Origin: Bacilli bacterium
Lineage (GTDB): Bacteria > Bacillota_I > Bacilli_A > RF39 > UBA660
Assembly: GCA_045638445.1 (NCBI GenBank)
Contig: JAZUBJ010000054.1
Coordinates: 1-39,637, forward strand
Direction of reading: 5' to 3'
DNA: 39,637 nt
Shown: in pieces, positions 18,601 to 25,691 of the stretch
Layout: each line of letters opens with the position of its first letter
Numbering within the stretch: the first letter of the stretch is position 1
Notes under the pieces: model-generated
What the model was told of the DNA's origin: nothing
What the model saw: only the letters and a program-made list of their open reading frames with translations
Database searches by the model: none
Translations under genes and position numbers: made by a program

Positions 18601-20619
18601 TGGGGTACAAGTGCAAGCGCAATAAAAGGTACATCACCAAACTCTGATGTAACAGTAACAGCAGATAAAAATTATTACGCAGTAACTAGAAAAACACTAA
18701 CCGCAACATTTGTTTCAAACGGAGCAAGTTCAATTTCATCAACAAGTGCAAGTTGTCTGATATATAATGGCTCTACTTCTGGTTGTAGTGTATCAACACC
18801 TACTATAACACCAAAAACAGGATTTACAGTATTAGGATGGGCGAATGTATCAAGTTCACAAGCTGCTTCAACTCAAACAGCATCTGTTAATCAAAATGCA
18901 ACTACTACAATAAAAGCTGATACAACATTCTATGCAATTACACAATCAAGTACAGAAATTACAGTTACATTTAAACAAAACGGAACTGGAACATCTGATA
19001 CAACAAGAAAATGTCGCATTTATAATTCACAAACATCATGTAGTGTAACATCTCCAGCAATAACAGCATCAAGTGGATATACAGCATTAGGATGGAACAC
19101 ATCTTCAACTGCAACGGCAAGTTCGTGGACACAAAATACTGCAAAAAGTTTTAGTGCAAATGCAACATATTATGCAATACAAAGTAAGCAAGTAACAGTT
19201 ACATTTAAAGCAAATGGATCTTCAACAACAGAGACAACAAGAACTTGTAATATAACAGGATCAAATACTACATGTAGCGTTACTACACCAGCTATAACAC
19301 CTGCATCAGGATTTACAGCTGTAGGATGGAACACATCTTCAAGTGCAACAGCAAGCGCAGTAAATCAAAATTCATCACTTAGTGTTAGTGCAAACGCAAC
19401 ATATTATGCAATAACAAAATCAACAGCTGCAATATCAGTAACATTTAAACAAAATGGTTCTTCTACTGCAGACTCAACAAAAACATGTTATAGATATAAT
19501 GGAGCAGGAAGTTGTAATATAACATCTCCAGCTATAACACCTGCATCAGGATTTGCTGCTGTAGGATGGAATACATCTTCAAGTGCAACATCAAGTGGAT
19601 TAAATACTAGTACAGCAAAAGCATTTAGTGCAAATGCTACATATTATGCAATAACAAAATCAACAAGTGCAATATCAGTAACATTTAATATAGGAAGTAC
19701 AAGTACAACTACATCAACAAAAACATGTTATAGATATAATGGTGCATCAAGTTGTACAATTCAAACACCTGCAATAACACCAAAAAGCGGTTATACACAA
19801 AATGGTTGGGGAACAAGTTCATCATCATCAACTGCATCATATAACGCTAGTACAAATTATTCGTTCAGTGCAGGAACAACACTATACGCACTTCAAAAGA
19901 AAACAATAACAATAACATTTAACAAAAATACTGCATCATCTGTTAGTCCAACAAGTAGAACATGCACAATGTATAACTCATCAACAACTTGTTCAGTTCA
20001 AATGGCAACAATAACAGCAGGGTCAGGTAAAACAGCGGTAGGTTGGGGAACAAGTTCAAGTTCAACATCATCAAGTTATACACCAGGTTCTTCATATAGT
20101 TTCAGTGCTTCAACAACATTGTATGCAATAACAAAAGCAAATACACAAACATATACATTTAACTTTAAAAAATCTTCATCACATAGTTTTTATAGTTATA
20201 GTAGTACAACAAAATCATGTAGTGGTGCAGGAAGTTGTACAGTTTCAGCACCATCATTTAGTACGGGAAGAAATAATAAATATGGAAATCCATCATTAAA
20301 ACCATGTTGGGCAATTGGAGATGGATATGGATGCTATTATTGGCCTGGGGAATATATGTCATCATCAGAATCAACAACATGGTATACAGCAGTTGATTTT
20401 GATAATTACTATTATTCAATTTCGGATAACGGAGTTAATGCAAGATCATGTGCTAGTACATCATGTGGAATTGTAGACGGATTAAATAATGGACACACAT
20501 TTAGACCAACAAGCTACAAATATGCATCAGGAAGTGGATGTGATAATAGCATTTGGTACTATGGATACTCAGAAGAAGAAGGTTGGTGGGGATACATATG
20601 TTCATATTACGTAAATTAG
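15697..20619 (+). CDS. Giant secreted surface protein: signal peptide, N-terminal region paralogous to the 4686 gene, 13-14 tandem ~80-aa Cys-pair B-repeat-like modules, SH3b-like C-terminus
   Basis: Signal peptide MKKISKIIVLVITFMFLSCNIKA. Canonical B-repeat YTVKYDCNGGTGEL..GYKFLGWNTEPNGSG..VTLYAEW. Derived repeats follow the pattern I.VTF..NGASS......C..YNGSTSGC.I..P.ITP.SGF..VGWNTSSSAT...YYAITK. The C-terminus GVNARSCASTSCGIVDGLNNGHTF..GWWGYICSYYV resembles a bacterial SH3 domain. No LPXTG. Confidence 0.85.
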   Translation: MKKISKIIVLVITFMFLSCNIKALNYSNAVSKAENYLNSIYEYKTTYHRYLIPIPEDKVTKFYTELEQNGENFKYGGLLSEYEFLITEKHRGNKYSYLYESDDFWTLSNGNRENTKKVISNNVNNVDIHEESPGVKVTEFVDDSTMIMGAGAYDDPWVFIPKYQVTIKTNDKNKGMLIDPTVSPQTETEEVTITLSRNSTAFLNVKAKEGYQYLGNTCGYIINDIDIRNSNNVTQGQLKIYEVSRDFECKINFGEKPFEVLIETDGNSSNNTNLNKIYILPKKSWYSDEQAQHQISKINNVPKKTGFKTEGLYLENNGELLPNNTCQGIKYISSDGTLKDVNEITRAMIANNVTLYPCYIPNQYTVKYDCNGGTGELQPTTHYYNVAADLRENACTREGYKFLGWNTEPNGSGASYSTGSQTTPVASEGTVTLYAEWEKLIKYTAKIHLNGASSVSKEEIYCYTDDATKGCDITLPTITPASGFTVLGFNTIQNATSSTKDPSTTVNLKSDTNFYAITKSTSPYTITFNTNGSSDITSSIDCYRYNGNSTCKVVAPNATPKDGYTLIGLNTDANATTSSWNIGTEKEFTSSATYNVIQSKEIQATFEKNGASTITATTVKCKIYNAQQDCTIKTPGITPITGFSTVGWNTSSSATESEVGQNANVSIKSNKKYYAITKKEIKATFIANGASSIGSSIKTCEVYNGSTSGCKITAPTITASSGFSVVGWNISSSATTSTLDPGVEITIKNDVTYYAITNKTIKVTFNTNGASSIGSSSETCKVYNGSTSGCKIKAPTITASSGFSVVGWNTASNETTSTLNVNAETTVTENKTYYAITKKGITATFVANGASSIGYNNKTCYAYNGSTNGCKVTSPSITPVSGFTAVGWNTDEDATTSILNVNTDVTIKNNVTYNAITTKTITVTFNKNGASDIAYTSKQCVLKKGDTSTGCVVRTPAITPASGFTTVGWGTSASAIKGTSPNSDVTVTADKNYYAVTRKTLTATFVSNGASSISSTSASCLIYNGSTSGCSVSTPTITPKTGFTVLGWANVSSSQAASTQTASVNQNATTTIKADTTFYAITQSSTEITVTFKQNGTGTSDTTRKCRIYNSQTSCSVTSPAITASSGYTALGWNTSSTATASSWTQNTAKSFSANATYYAIQSKQVTVTFKANGSSTTETTRTCNITGSNTTCSVTTPAITPASGFTAVGWNTSSSATASAVNQNSSLSVSANATYYAITKSTAAISVTFKQNGSSTADSTKTCYRYNGAGSCNITSPAITPASGFAAVGWNTSSSATSSGLNTSTAKAFSANATYYAITKSTSAISVTFNIGSTSTTTSTKTCYRYNGASSCTIQTPAITPKSGYTQNGWGTSSSSSTASYNASTNYSFSAGTTLYALQKKTITITFNKNTASSVSPTSRTCTMYNSSTTCSVQMATITAGSGKTAVGWGTSSSSTSSSYTPGSSYSFSASTTLYAITKANTQTYTFNFKKSSSHSFYSYSSTTKSCSGAGSCTVSAPSFSTGRNNKYGNPSLKPCWAIGDGYGCYYWPGEYMSSSESTTWYTAVDFDNYYYSISDNGVNARSCASTSCGIVDGLNNGHTFRPTSYKYASGSGCDNSIWYYGYSEEEGWWGYICSYYVN
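17017..20150 (+). repeat. In-frame tandem repeat array, unit ~234-261 bp (mostly exactly 240 bp), 13 clear copies plus one degenerate copy
   Basis: ggagc(t/a) recurs in register every 240 nt at 17761, 18001, 18241, 18481 and 18721. 17761-17880 and 18001-18120 differ at only 4 of 120 positions. Confidence 0.85.
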
Positions 20620-20628
20620 GAGGCGCTA

Positions 20629-21195
20629 ATGAAAAAAGATAACAATAAAAATATATTTATAATAATTGGAATAATAGCTTTAGTTATAGTACTAGGAATT
20701 GTCCTAGTACTAGTAATTAAAAAAGAAGAACCAAAACCAATTGAAAAACCAAAAGAAGAACCATACAAACAATGTGAAGAATTAAAAGATGAGAAATATC
20801 GTGATATATCTAATTGGAACCATAATGAATTAAATTATGACATGGATAAAGAAGGAAATAGGACAAATAATAGTGCTAAAATAAAAGAACTTCACCAATT
20901 AGATGGTGGATACAATATTTCAGAAATGACAATTGTTTCTAAAAAATGTAGTGAAACAAAAGCTGAATTAAAAGCAAAATTTACAAATAACAGTGGCAAA
21001 GACATTGAGTTCGGAACTATAAACTTCTATTTTAAAACATCAGAAGATGCTGAAAAAGAAGTGAATGTATCATTAGATGTAAGAGATTTAAAAAATGGAG
21101 AAACAAAAGAATTAGAAACTTCATTTAGATTCAGAATTATTGATGCATACGACTATAGAGCAGTGTTTGCAGACAGTTCACAAATGGAAGGTTAA
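20629..21195 (+). CDS. N-terminally anchored membrane protein with a beta-rich module, coupled to the giant surface protein
   Basis: The upstream TAG stop is embedded in the SD (TAGGAGGcgctaATG). TM IFIIIGIIALVIVLGIVLVLVI, Pro/Lys linker EEPKPIEKPKEEP, module KFTNNSGKDIEFGTINFYF. Confidence 0.65.
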   Translation: MKKDNNKNIFIIIGIIALVIVLGIVLVLVIKKEEPKPIEKPKEEPYKQCEELKDEKYRDISNWNHNELNYDMDKEGNRTNNSAKIKELHQLDGGYNISEMTIVSKKCSETKAELKAKFTNNSGKDIEFGTINFYFKTSEDAEKEVNVSLDVRDLKNGETKELETSFRFRIIDAYDYRAVFADSSQMEG

Positions 21196-21198
21196 TTT

Positions 21199-21221
21199 AA
21201 AGACGATTAATTCGTCTTTTT
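21199..21221 (+). terminator. Rho-independent terminator
   Basis: aaagacga-ttaat-tcgtcttt followed by Ts. Confidence 0.65.
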
Positions 21222-21233
21222 ATTTGTATCTCA

Positions 21234-21262
21234 TTGACAAAAATCAAATAAAATAATATAAT
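21234..21262 (+). promoter_or_regulatory. Consensus sigma-A promoter of the aspS leader
   Basis: TTGACA (21234-21239), 17-nt spacer, TATAAT (21257-21262). Confidence 0.7.
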
Positions 21263-21270
21263 CTACTCGT

Positions 21271-21483
21271 AAGCAATGAAGAGGAAAGTAGAAAATTACT
21301 TAACTGCATAGAGAACTAATGGTTGGTGGAAATTAGTGATTAGTAATATTTCGAAAAAAGAAAAGTGACAAACCTTAGAGCTTAATCGCACTTCTGCGTT
21401 AAAGAGTAAAGATAGAATTATAAAGATCTATGAAGTAAGATGGCACAGCGTACAAACACGCTCTTACGAATAGATCTTTTTTT
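21271..21483 (+). promoter_or_regulatory. T-box riboswitch leader, probable Asp (GAC) specifier
   Basis: Stem I base/GA motif AGCAATGAAGAGGAAAGTA. AGAGA at 21310-21314. GGTTGGTGGAA at 21321-21331. GAC at 21367-21369, followed by A, on the 3' side of Stem I. Antiterminator GTAAGA-[TGGCACA]-GCG..CGC-TCTTAC at 21435-21467. Terminator stem AAGATCTAT/ATAGATCTT plus a T-tract. Followed by aspS. Confidence 0.8.
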
Positions 21484-21503
21484 ATTTAGAAAGGGATGTA
21501 AAA

Positions 21504-23249
21504 ATGGCAAACAAATACAGAAACATATACTGTGGAGAAGTAACAAAAGAATATGTTGGAAAAGAAATAAGACTAGCTGGATGGATTGAAAACGTAAGAA
21601 ACCTTGGAAGTTTAGTTTTCATAACACTAAGAGATGAAAAAGGAGTAGTACAATTAATTTCAAATGATGTAGAAAAATACTCATCATTAAACCGTGAGTC
21701 AACTGCAACTGTAACAGGAACTGTTGAATTAAGAACAGAAGATATGATTAACAAAAATATGAAAACTGGAGAAGTAGAAGTTCATATTAAATCATTAGAA
21801 GTTTTAGGAGATGTATTTAAAACACTTCCATTTGAAGTAAAAAGTTCTAAAACATCTACAGAAGAAACTAGACTTAAATATAGATATCTAGATTTAAGAA
21901 ATAAAGAAGTACATGACAATATCTTATTTAGAACACAAGTTATTGATTATATAAGAGAAATTATGAAAGGAATGGATTTCACTGAAATTCAAACTCCAAT
22001 CTTAACTGCATCAAGTCCAGAAGGAGCAAGAGATTTCATTATTCCATCAAGAAAATTTAAAGGAAGATTCTATGCTTTACCACAAGCACCGCAAATCTTT
22101 AAACAATTACTTATGTGTAGTGGATTTAATAAATATTTCCAAATAGCACCATGTTTTAGAGATGAAGATGCAAGAAGCGACAGATTATATGGAGACTTCT
22201 ATCAACTTGATATGGAAATGTCATTTGCAACTCAAGAAGACGTATTTGAAGTAGGACAAAAAGTATATTATGAAATATTCAAAAAATTCGGTACTAAAGA
22301 AGTATCAGAAGTACCATTTAGAAGAATACCATATAGGGAATCTATGGAAAAATATGGTTCAGATAAACCGGATTTAAGAATTAAATTTGAAATAGAAAAT
22401 ATTACAGAATTACTTTCTAAAAATGAAACACCTGTATTCAAAGATAAAGAAGTAAAATGCTTTAAAGTTGATTCATGTGATAAATCAAATTCATGGTATA
22501 AAAAACTTGATGAAGAATACAAATCACTTGGAGCTTCTGCTTTAGGATTTGTAAAAATTAATGAGAATAAAGAATTAGTAGGATCATTTGCAAAATTATT
22601 AAGTGACGAAGAAAAAGCAAACTTAACAGAAAGATTCAATTTAGAAGAAAATAACGTATTATTTATAATATGTGGTACAAAAGGAGAAAAATTCTCAAAA
22701 ATTTGCGGTAACTTAAGATTAAAAATAGCAAATGAATTAGATTTAGTAGATAAATCAAAATATGAATTCTGTATTATTGTTGATTTCCCAATGTATGAAT
22801 GGAATGAAGAAGAAAACAAATATGACTTCACACACAATCCATTTAGTATGCCAAATGGTGGAATGGAAGCACTAGAAAATAAAAAACCAGACGAAGTACT
22901 AGCATGTCAATATGACTTTGTATGTAATGGTTTAGAAATGGCGTCAGGTGGAGAAAGAAATTATAATCCAGTATTACTTAAAAAAGCATTTGCAATAGCT
23001 GGATACGATGAAAGCGTAGTAGAAAGTAAATTCCCATCATTATATCAAGCATTCCAATATGGAGCTCCACCACATGCAGGAATGGCTCCTGGAATTGATA
23101 GAATTTTAATGACATTAAAAGATGAAGAAAACATAAGAGAAATGGTAGCATTCCCATTAGCAGCAAACGGAAGCGATGCATTAATGGGATGTCCAAACGA
23201 AGTGTTTGAACATCAACTAAGAGAAACACATATTAAAGTAAGAGACTAA
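21504..23249 (+). CDS. aspS: Aspartyl-tRNA synthetase (bacterial type)
   Basis: 581 aa. N-terminal OB fold, FYQLDMEMSF, GLEMASGGER, GAPPHAGMAPGIDRILM (class II motif 3). Confidence 0.92.
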   Translation: MANKYRNIYCGEVTKEYVGKEIRLAGWIENVRNLGSLVFITLRDEKGVVQLISNDVEKYSSLNRESTATVTGTVELRTEDMINKNMKTGEVEVHIKSLEVLGDVFKTLPFEVKSSKTSTEETRLKYRYLDLRNKEVHDNILFRTQVIDYIREIMKGMDFTEIQTPILTASSPEGARDFIIPSRKFKGRFYALPQAPQIFKQLLMCSGFNKYFQIAPCFRDEDARSDRLYGDFYQLDMEMSFATQEDVFEVGQKVYYEIFKKFGTKEVSEVPFRRIPYRESMEKYGSDKPDLRIKFEIENITELLSKNETPVFKDKEVKCFKVDSCDKSNSWYKKLDEEYKSLGASALGFVKINENKELVGSFAKLLSDEEKANLTERFNLEENNVLFIICGTKGEKFSKICGNLRLKIANELDLVDKSKYEFCIIVDFPMYEWNEEENKYDFTHNPFSMPNGGMEALENKKPDEVLACQYDFVCNGLEMASGGERNYNPVLLKKAFAIAGYDESVVESKFPSLYQAFQYGAPPHAGMAPGIDRILMTLKDEENIREMVAFPLAANGSDALMGCPNEVFEHQLRETHIKVRD

Positions 23250-23255
23250 TGGTGT

Positions 23256-23822
23256 ATGATGCAGTTAAAATATGTAGAAGATTTAACGCTAAGAGATAAT
23301 TACATAATTCTAACAAACAAATCACAAGAAATTATGAATAGAAATTATCAACTAAGCATCAATACATTAACAGAAGATGATATTATAAGTGGAATGAGTT
23401 ATCAATTTTTAGATACATTAGATTTAAAAATATATAATATAATATCAAAAATAGATAGATTAAAACAAAATATAGATTCAAAAGAATTAGCATTTAATTT
23501 AGTATATGAAATACTTGAAGATTCAAAAATATTTTCAATAAGTGAAGGAACATTAGAAAGCATAATAAACCAAATGAATAAAAGTAGTTATGCTTTCTAT
23601 CCATATAACACATTTGATGAATTTGTAAAATGTAATGATTTAAAATTTTACATAGCAAAAGATCAATTGAATATATTAATTGATGATGAAAATACAACAA
23701 TATTCGAAAAAATAATAATAATATATGAAAAATTCAGAGACAAAGAATACATGTATTTAGATGAATTTATAATCTATCTAATTAAAAGATTAAATATAAT
23801 AAAAAAGGAAGTGAAAAAATGA
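23256..23822 (+). CDS. Hypothetical cytoplasmic protein, embedded between aspS and lysS
   Basis: 188-aa ORF, 6 nt after the aspS stop. Its TGA overlaps the lysS ATG. I recognise no motif. The start could be 23256 or 23259. Confidence 0.5.
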   Translation: MMQLKYVEDLTLRDNYIILTNKSQEIMNRNYQLSINTLTEDDIISGMSYQFLDTLDLKIYNIISKIDRLKQNIDSKELAFNLVYEILEDSKIFSISEGTLESIINQMNKSSYAFYPYNTFDEFVKCNDLKFYIAKDQLNILIDDENTTIFEKIIIIYEKFRDKEYMYLDEFIIYLIKRLNIIKKEVKK

Positions 23823-25291
23823 ACGAATTAAGTGAACAAGAAATAGTAAGAAGAAATAAATTAGAAGCAATAAGCGAAGTGTGTAATCCATATCCAGAAA
23901 GATTTGAAAGAACACATAGACTACATGAAGCAAAAGAATTAGAAGATGGAACTAAAAATGTAAGTATTGCAGGAAGAATAGGTTTCATGAGAAAAATGGG
24001 GAAACTTAGCTTCGTAAAAATTCGTGATCTTGAAGGAAATATGCAACTTGAAATTAAAGTAGATATTGTAGGAGAAGATAAATACGAATTCTTCAAAAAA
24101 CAAATAGATGTAGGGGATTTCATAGGAGCAACTGGAGAAATATTTACAACACAAACAGGAGAAAAAACATTAAGAGTAGAAAGTTTTGAATTTTTAGGTA
24201 AAGCATTAAAACCACTACCAGAAAAATTCCATGGACTTACTGATATTGAAGCAAAATATAGACAAAGATATGTAGACTTAATAATGAATGAAGACTCAAG
24301 ACGCGTATTCTTAGGAAGAAGTAAATTATACTCATTTATCCATAAGTATTTAGGAGAAAATGGATTCTTACAAGTAGAAACTCCAATTTTACAAAATGCT
24401 GTATGTGGAGCAAGCGCTAAACCATTTTATACTCATCATAACGCGCTTGATATGGATTGTAATTTAAGAATTGCACCAGAAACATATTTAAAACAATGTA
24501 TAGCTGCAGGATTTGATAAAGTATATGAAGTAGCAAGATGTTTTAGAAATGAAGGAATGGATACAGAACACTTACAAGAATTCACTCAAGTAGAATGGTA
24601 TGCTTCATACTGGAATTTCGAAGATAACATTAAATTCTATACTGGATTTATTAAAAATTTATTAATTGAATTAACAGGTTCACCAGTAGTAACTTATCAA
24701 GGAACAACACTAGATTTTGGTAAAGAAAATTGGAATAGAATAAACTATGTAGAAAAATTAACAGAAATATTAGGATTTGATTTCCTAAGTATAACTGAAC
24801 CACAAGAATTAAAAGATAAAATAGTAGAAAAAGGTATATTTACATATGAAGATTTAGAAGATTATAAATCACTAAGTCAAATAATTGATTTTACATACAA
24901 AAAAACAATTCGTGCTCATATAGTTGAACCAACTATTATTTATAATTATCCAGCAGTTTTAATTCCACTAGCAAGACGTAATGATAAAGATAATAGAATT
25001 ATTGATGTATTCCAAGTATTAGCAGCAGGAACAGAACTTTGTAAAGCATATTCAGAACTTGTAGATCCAAAAATTCAAAGAGAAAATTTTGAAGAACAAC
25101 TTAAAGCCAAAGAACAAGGCGACGATGAAACTATGGAACTTGATGAACAATTTCTTGGAGCTATGGAACAAGGTATGCCTCCAATAAGTGGTCTTGGATT
25201 CGGTATTGATAGATTAATGATGATAATCTATGATATGCCATCAATTAGAGATGTAGTTTTATTCCCACAAATGAAAGATAAGAAAAACTAA
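23819..25291 (+). CDS. lysS: Lysyl-tRNA synthetase, class II
   Basis: 490 aa. FRNEGMDTEHLQEFTQVEWY and GMPPISGLGFGIDRLMM. Confidence 0.92.
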   Translation: MNELSEQEIVRRNKLEAISEVCNPYPERFERTHRLHEAKELEDGTKNVSIAGRIGFMRKMGKLSFVKIRDLEGNMQLEIKVDIVGEDKYEFFKKQIDVGDFIGATGEIFTTQTGEKTLRVESFEFLGKALKPLPEKFHGLTDIEAKYRQRYVDLIMNEDSRRVFLGRSKLYSFIHKYLGENGFLQVETPILQNAVCGASAKPFYTHHNALDMDCNLRIAPETYLKQCIAAGFDKVYEVARCFRNEGMDTEHLQEFTQVEWYASYWNFEDNIKFYTGFIKNLLIELTGSPVVTYQGTTLDFGKENWNRINYVEKLTEILGFDFLSITEPQELKDKIVEKGIFTYEDLEDYKSLSQIIDFTYKKTIRAHIVEPTIIYNYPAVLIPLARRNDKDNRIIDVFQVLAAGTELCKAYSELVDPKIQRENFEEQLKAKEQGDDETMELDEQFLGAMEQGMPPISGLGFGIDRLMMIIYDMPSIRDVVLFPQMKDKKN

Positions 25292-25314
25292 GATATCGAA
25301 AGATATCTTTTTTT
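25290..25314 (+). terminator. Rho-independent terminator of lysS
   Basis: agatatc-gaaa-gatatct followed by T6. An extended -10 (TGaTATAAT, 25314-25322) follows directly. Confidence 0.7.
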
Positions 25315-25337
25315 GATATAATAAAATAGGTGATAAA

Positions 25338-25658
25338 ATGAAAAAGTACATACAAAACTATATTAAAGAAACAGAAAATAAATTAAAAAAAGAAATAATA
25401 AGAAAAGATTTAGAAGAACTTAAAGATAAAATTACTTTCTTTTCACACGAAAGAATAGTTCATATGTTTATAATGTTATTTTGTATTTTAATTTTACTTA
25501 TATTTGTAATATTAACTCTTCAAAATATTAAATTTCTATTAATTACAGTAATATTAATGATATTAAATATTTTTTATATAATGCATTACTATTTTTTAGA
25601 AAATTCAGTTCAATATTTATACAAACTTTACGACAAAATGAATGACAAACTAAAATAA
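25338..25658 (+). CDS. Small two-TM membrane protein, unknown function
   Basis: 106 aa, GGTGA SD. Hydrophobic segments MFIMLFCILILLIFVILTL and LLITVILMILNIFYIM. Confidence 0.5.
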   Translation: MKKYIQNYIKETENKLKKEIIRKDLEELKDKITFFSHERIVHMFIMLFCILILLIFVILTLQNIKFLLITVILMILNIFYIMHYYFLENSVQYLYKLYDKMNDKLK

Positions 25659-25691
25659 AATATGTATAATATTTTTAAGTGAGGTAAAGAA

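Noticed and set aside
17017-20150. Regular 240-bp periodic repeats, considered as a CRISPR-like array or a diversity-generating retroelement target.
   Set aside because: The repeats are contiguous, with no unique spacers, and sit in frame inside one long ORF encoding a protein domain repeat. The window has no cas genes, reverse transcriptase or template repeat.
21367-21372. GAC immediately followed by AAA in the T-box specifier region, suggesting a two-codon (Asp plus Lys) T-box matching the aspS..lysS operon. A two-codon T-box has been described in Clostridium acetobutylicum.
   Set aside because: The antiterminator bulge reads UGGC, which pairs with a G73 discriminator as in tRNA-Asp. Bacterial tRNA-Lys normally has A73, which would need UGGU. 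AAA runs are also ubiquitous in this leader. This remains worth a formal covariance-model check.
22268-22837. 189-aa antisense ORF inside aspS (similarly 21482-21754 and 22978-23229).
   Set aside because: It lies fully within a confidently identified synthetase gene on the opposite strand. It has no SD or promoter and a low-complexity Ser/Leu/Phe/Asn composition, which is typical of the antisense frame of AT-rich, codon-biased genes.
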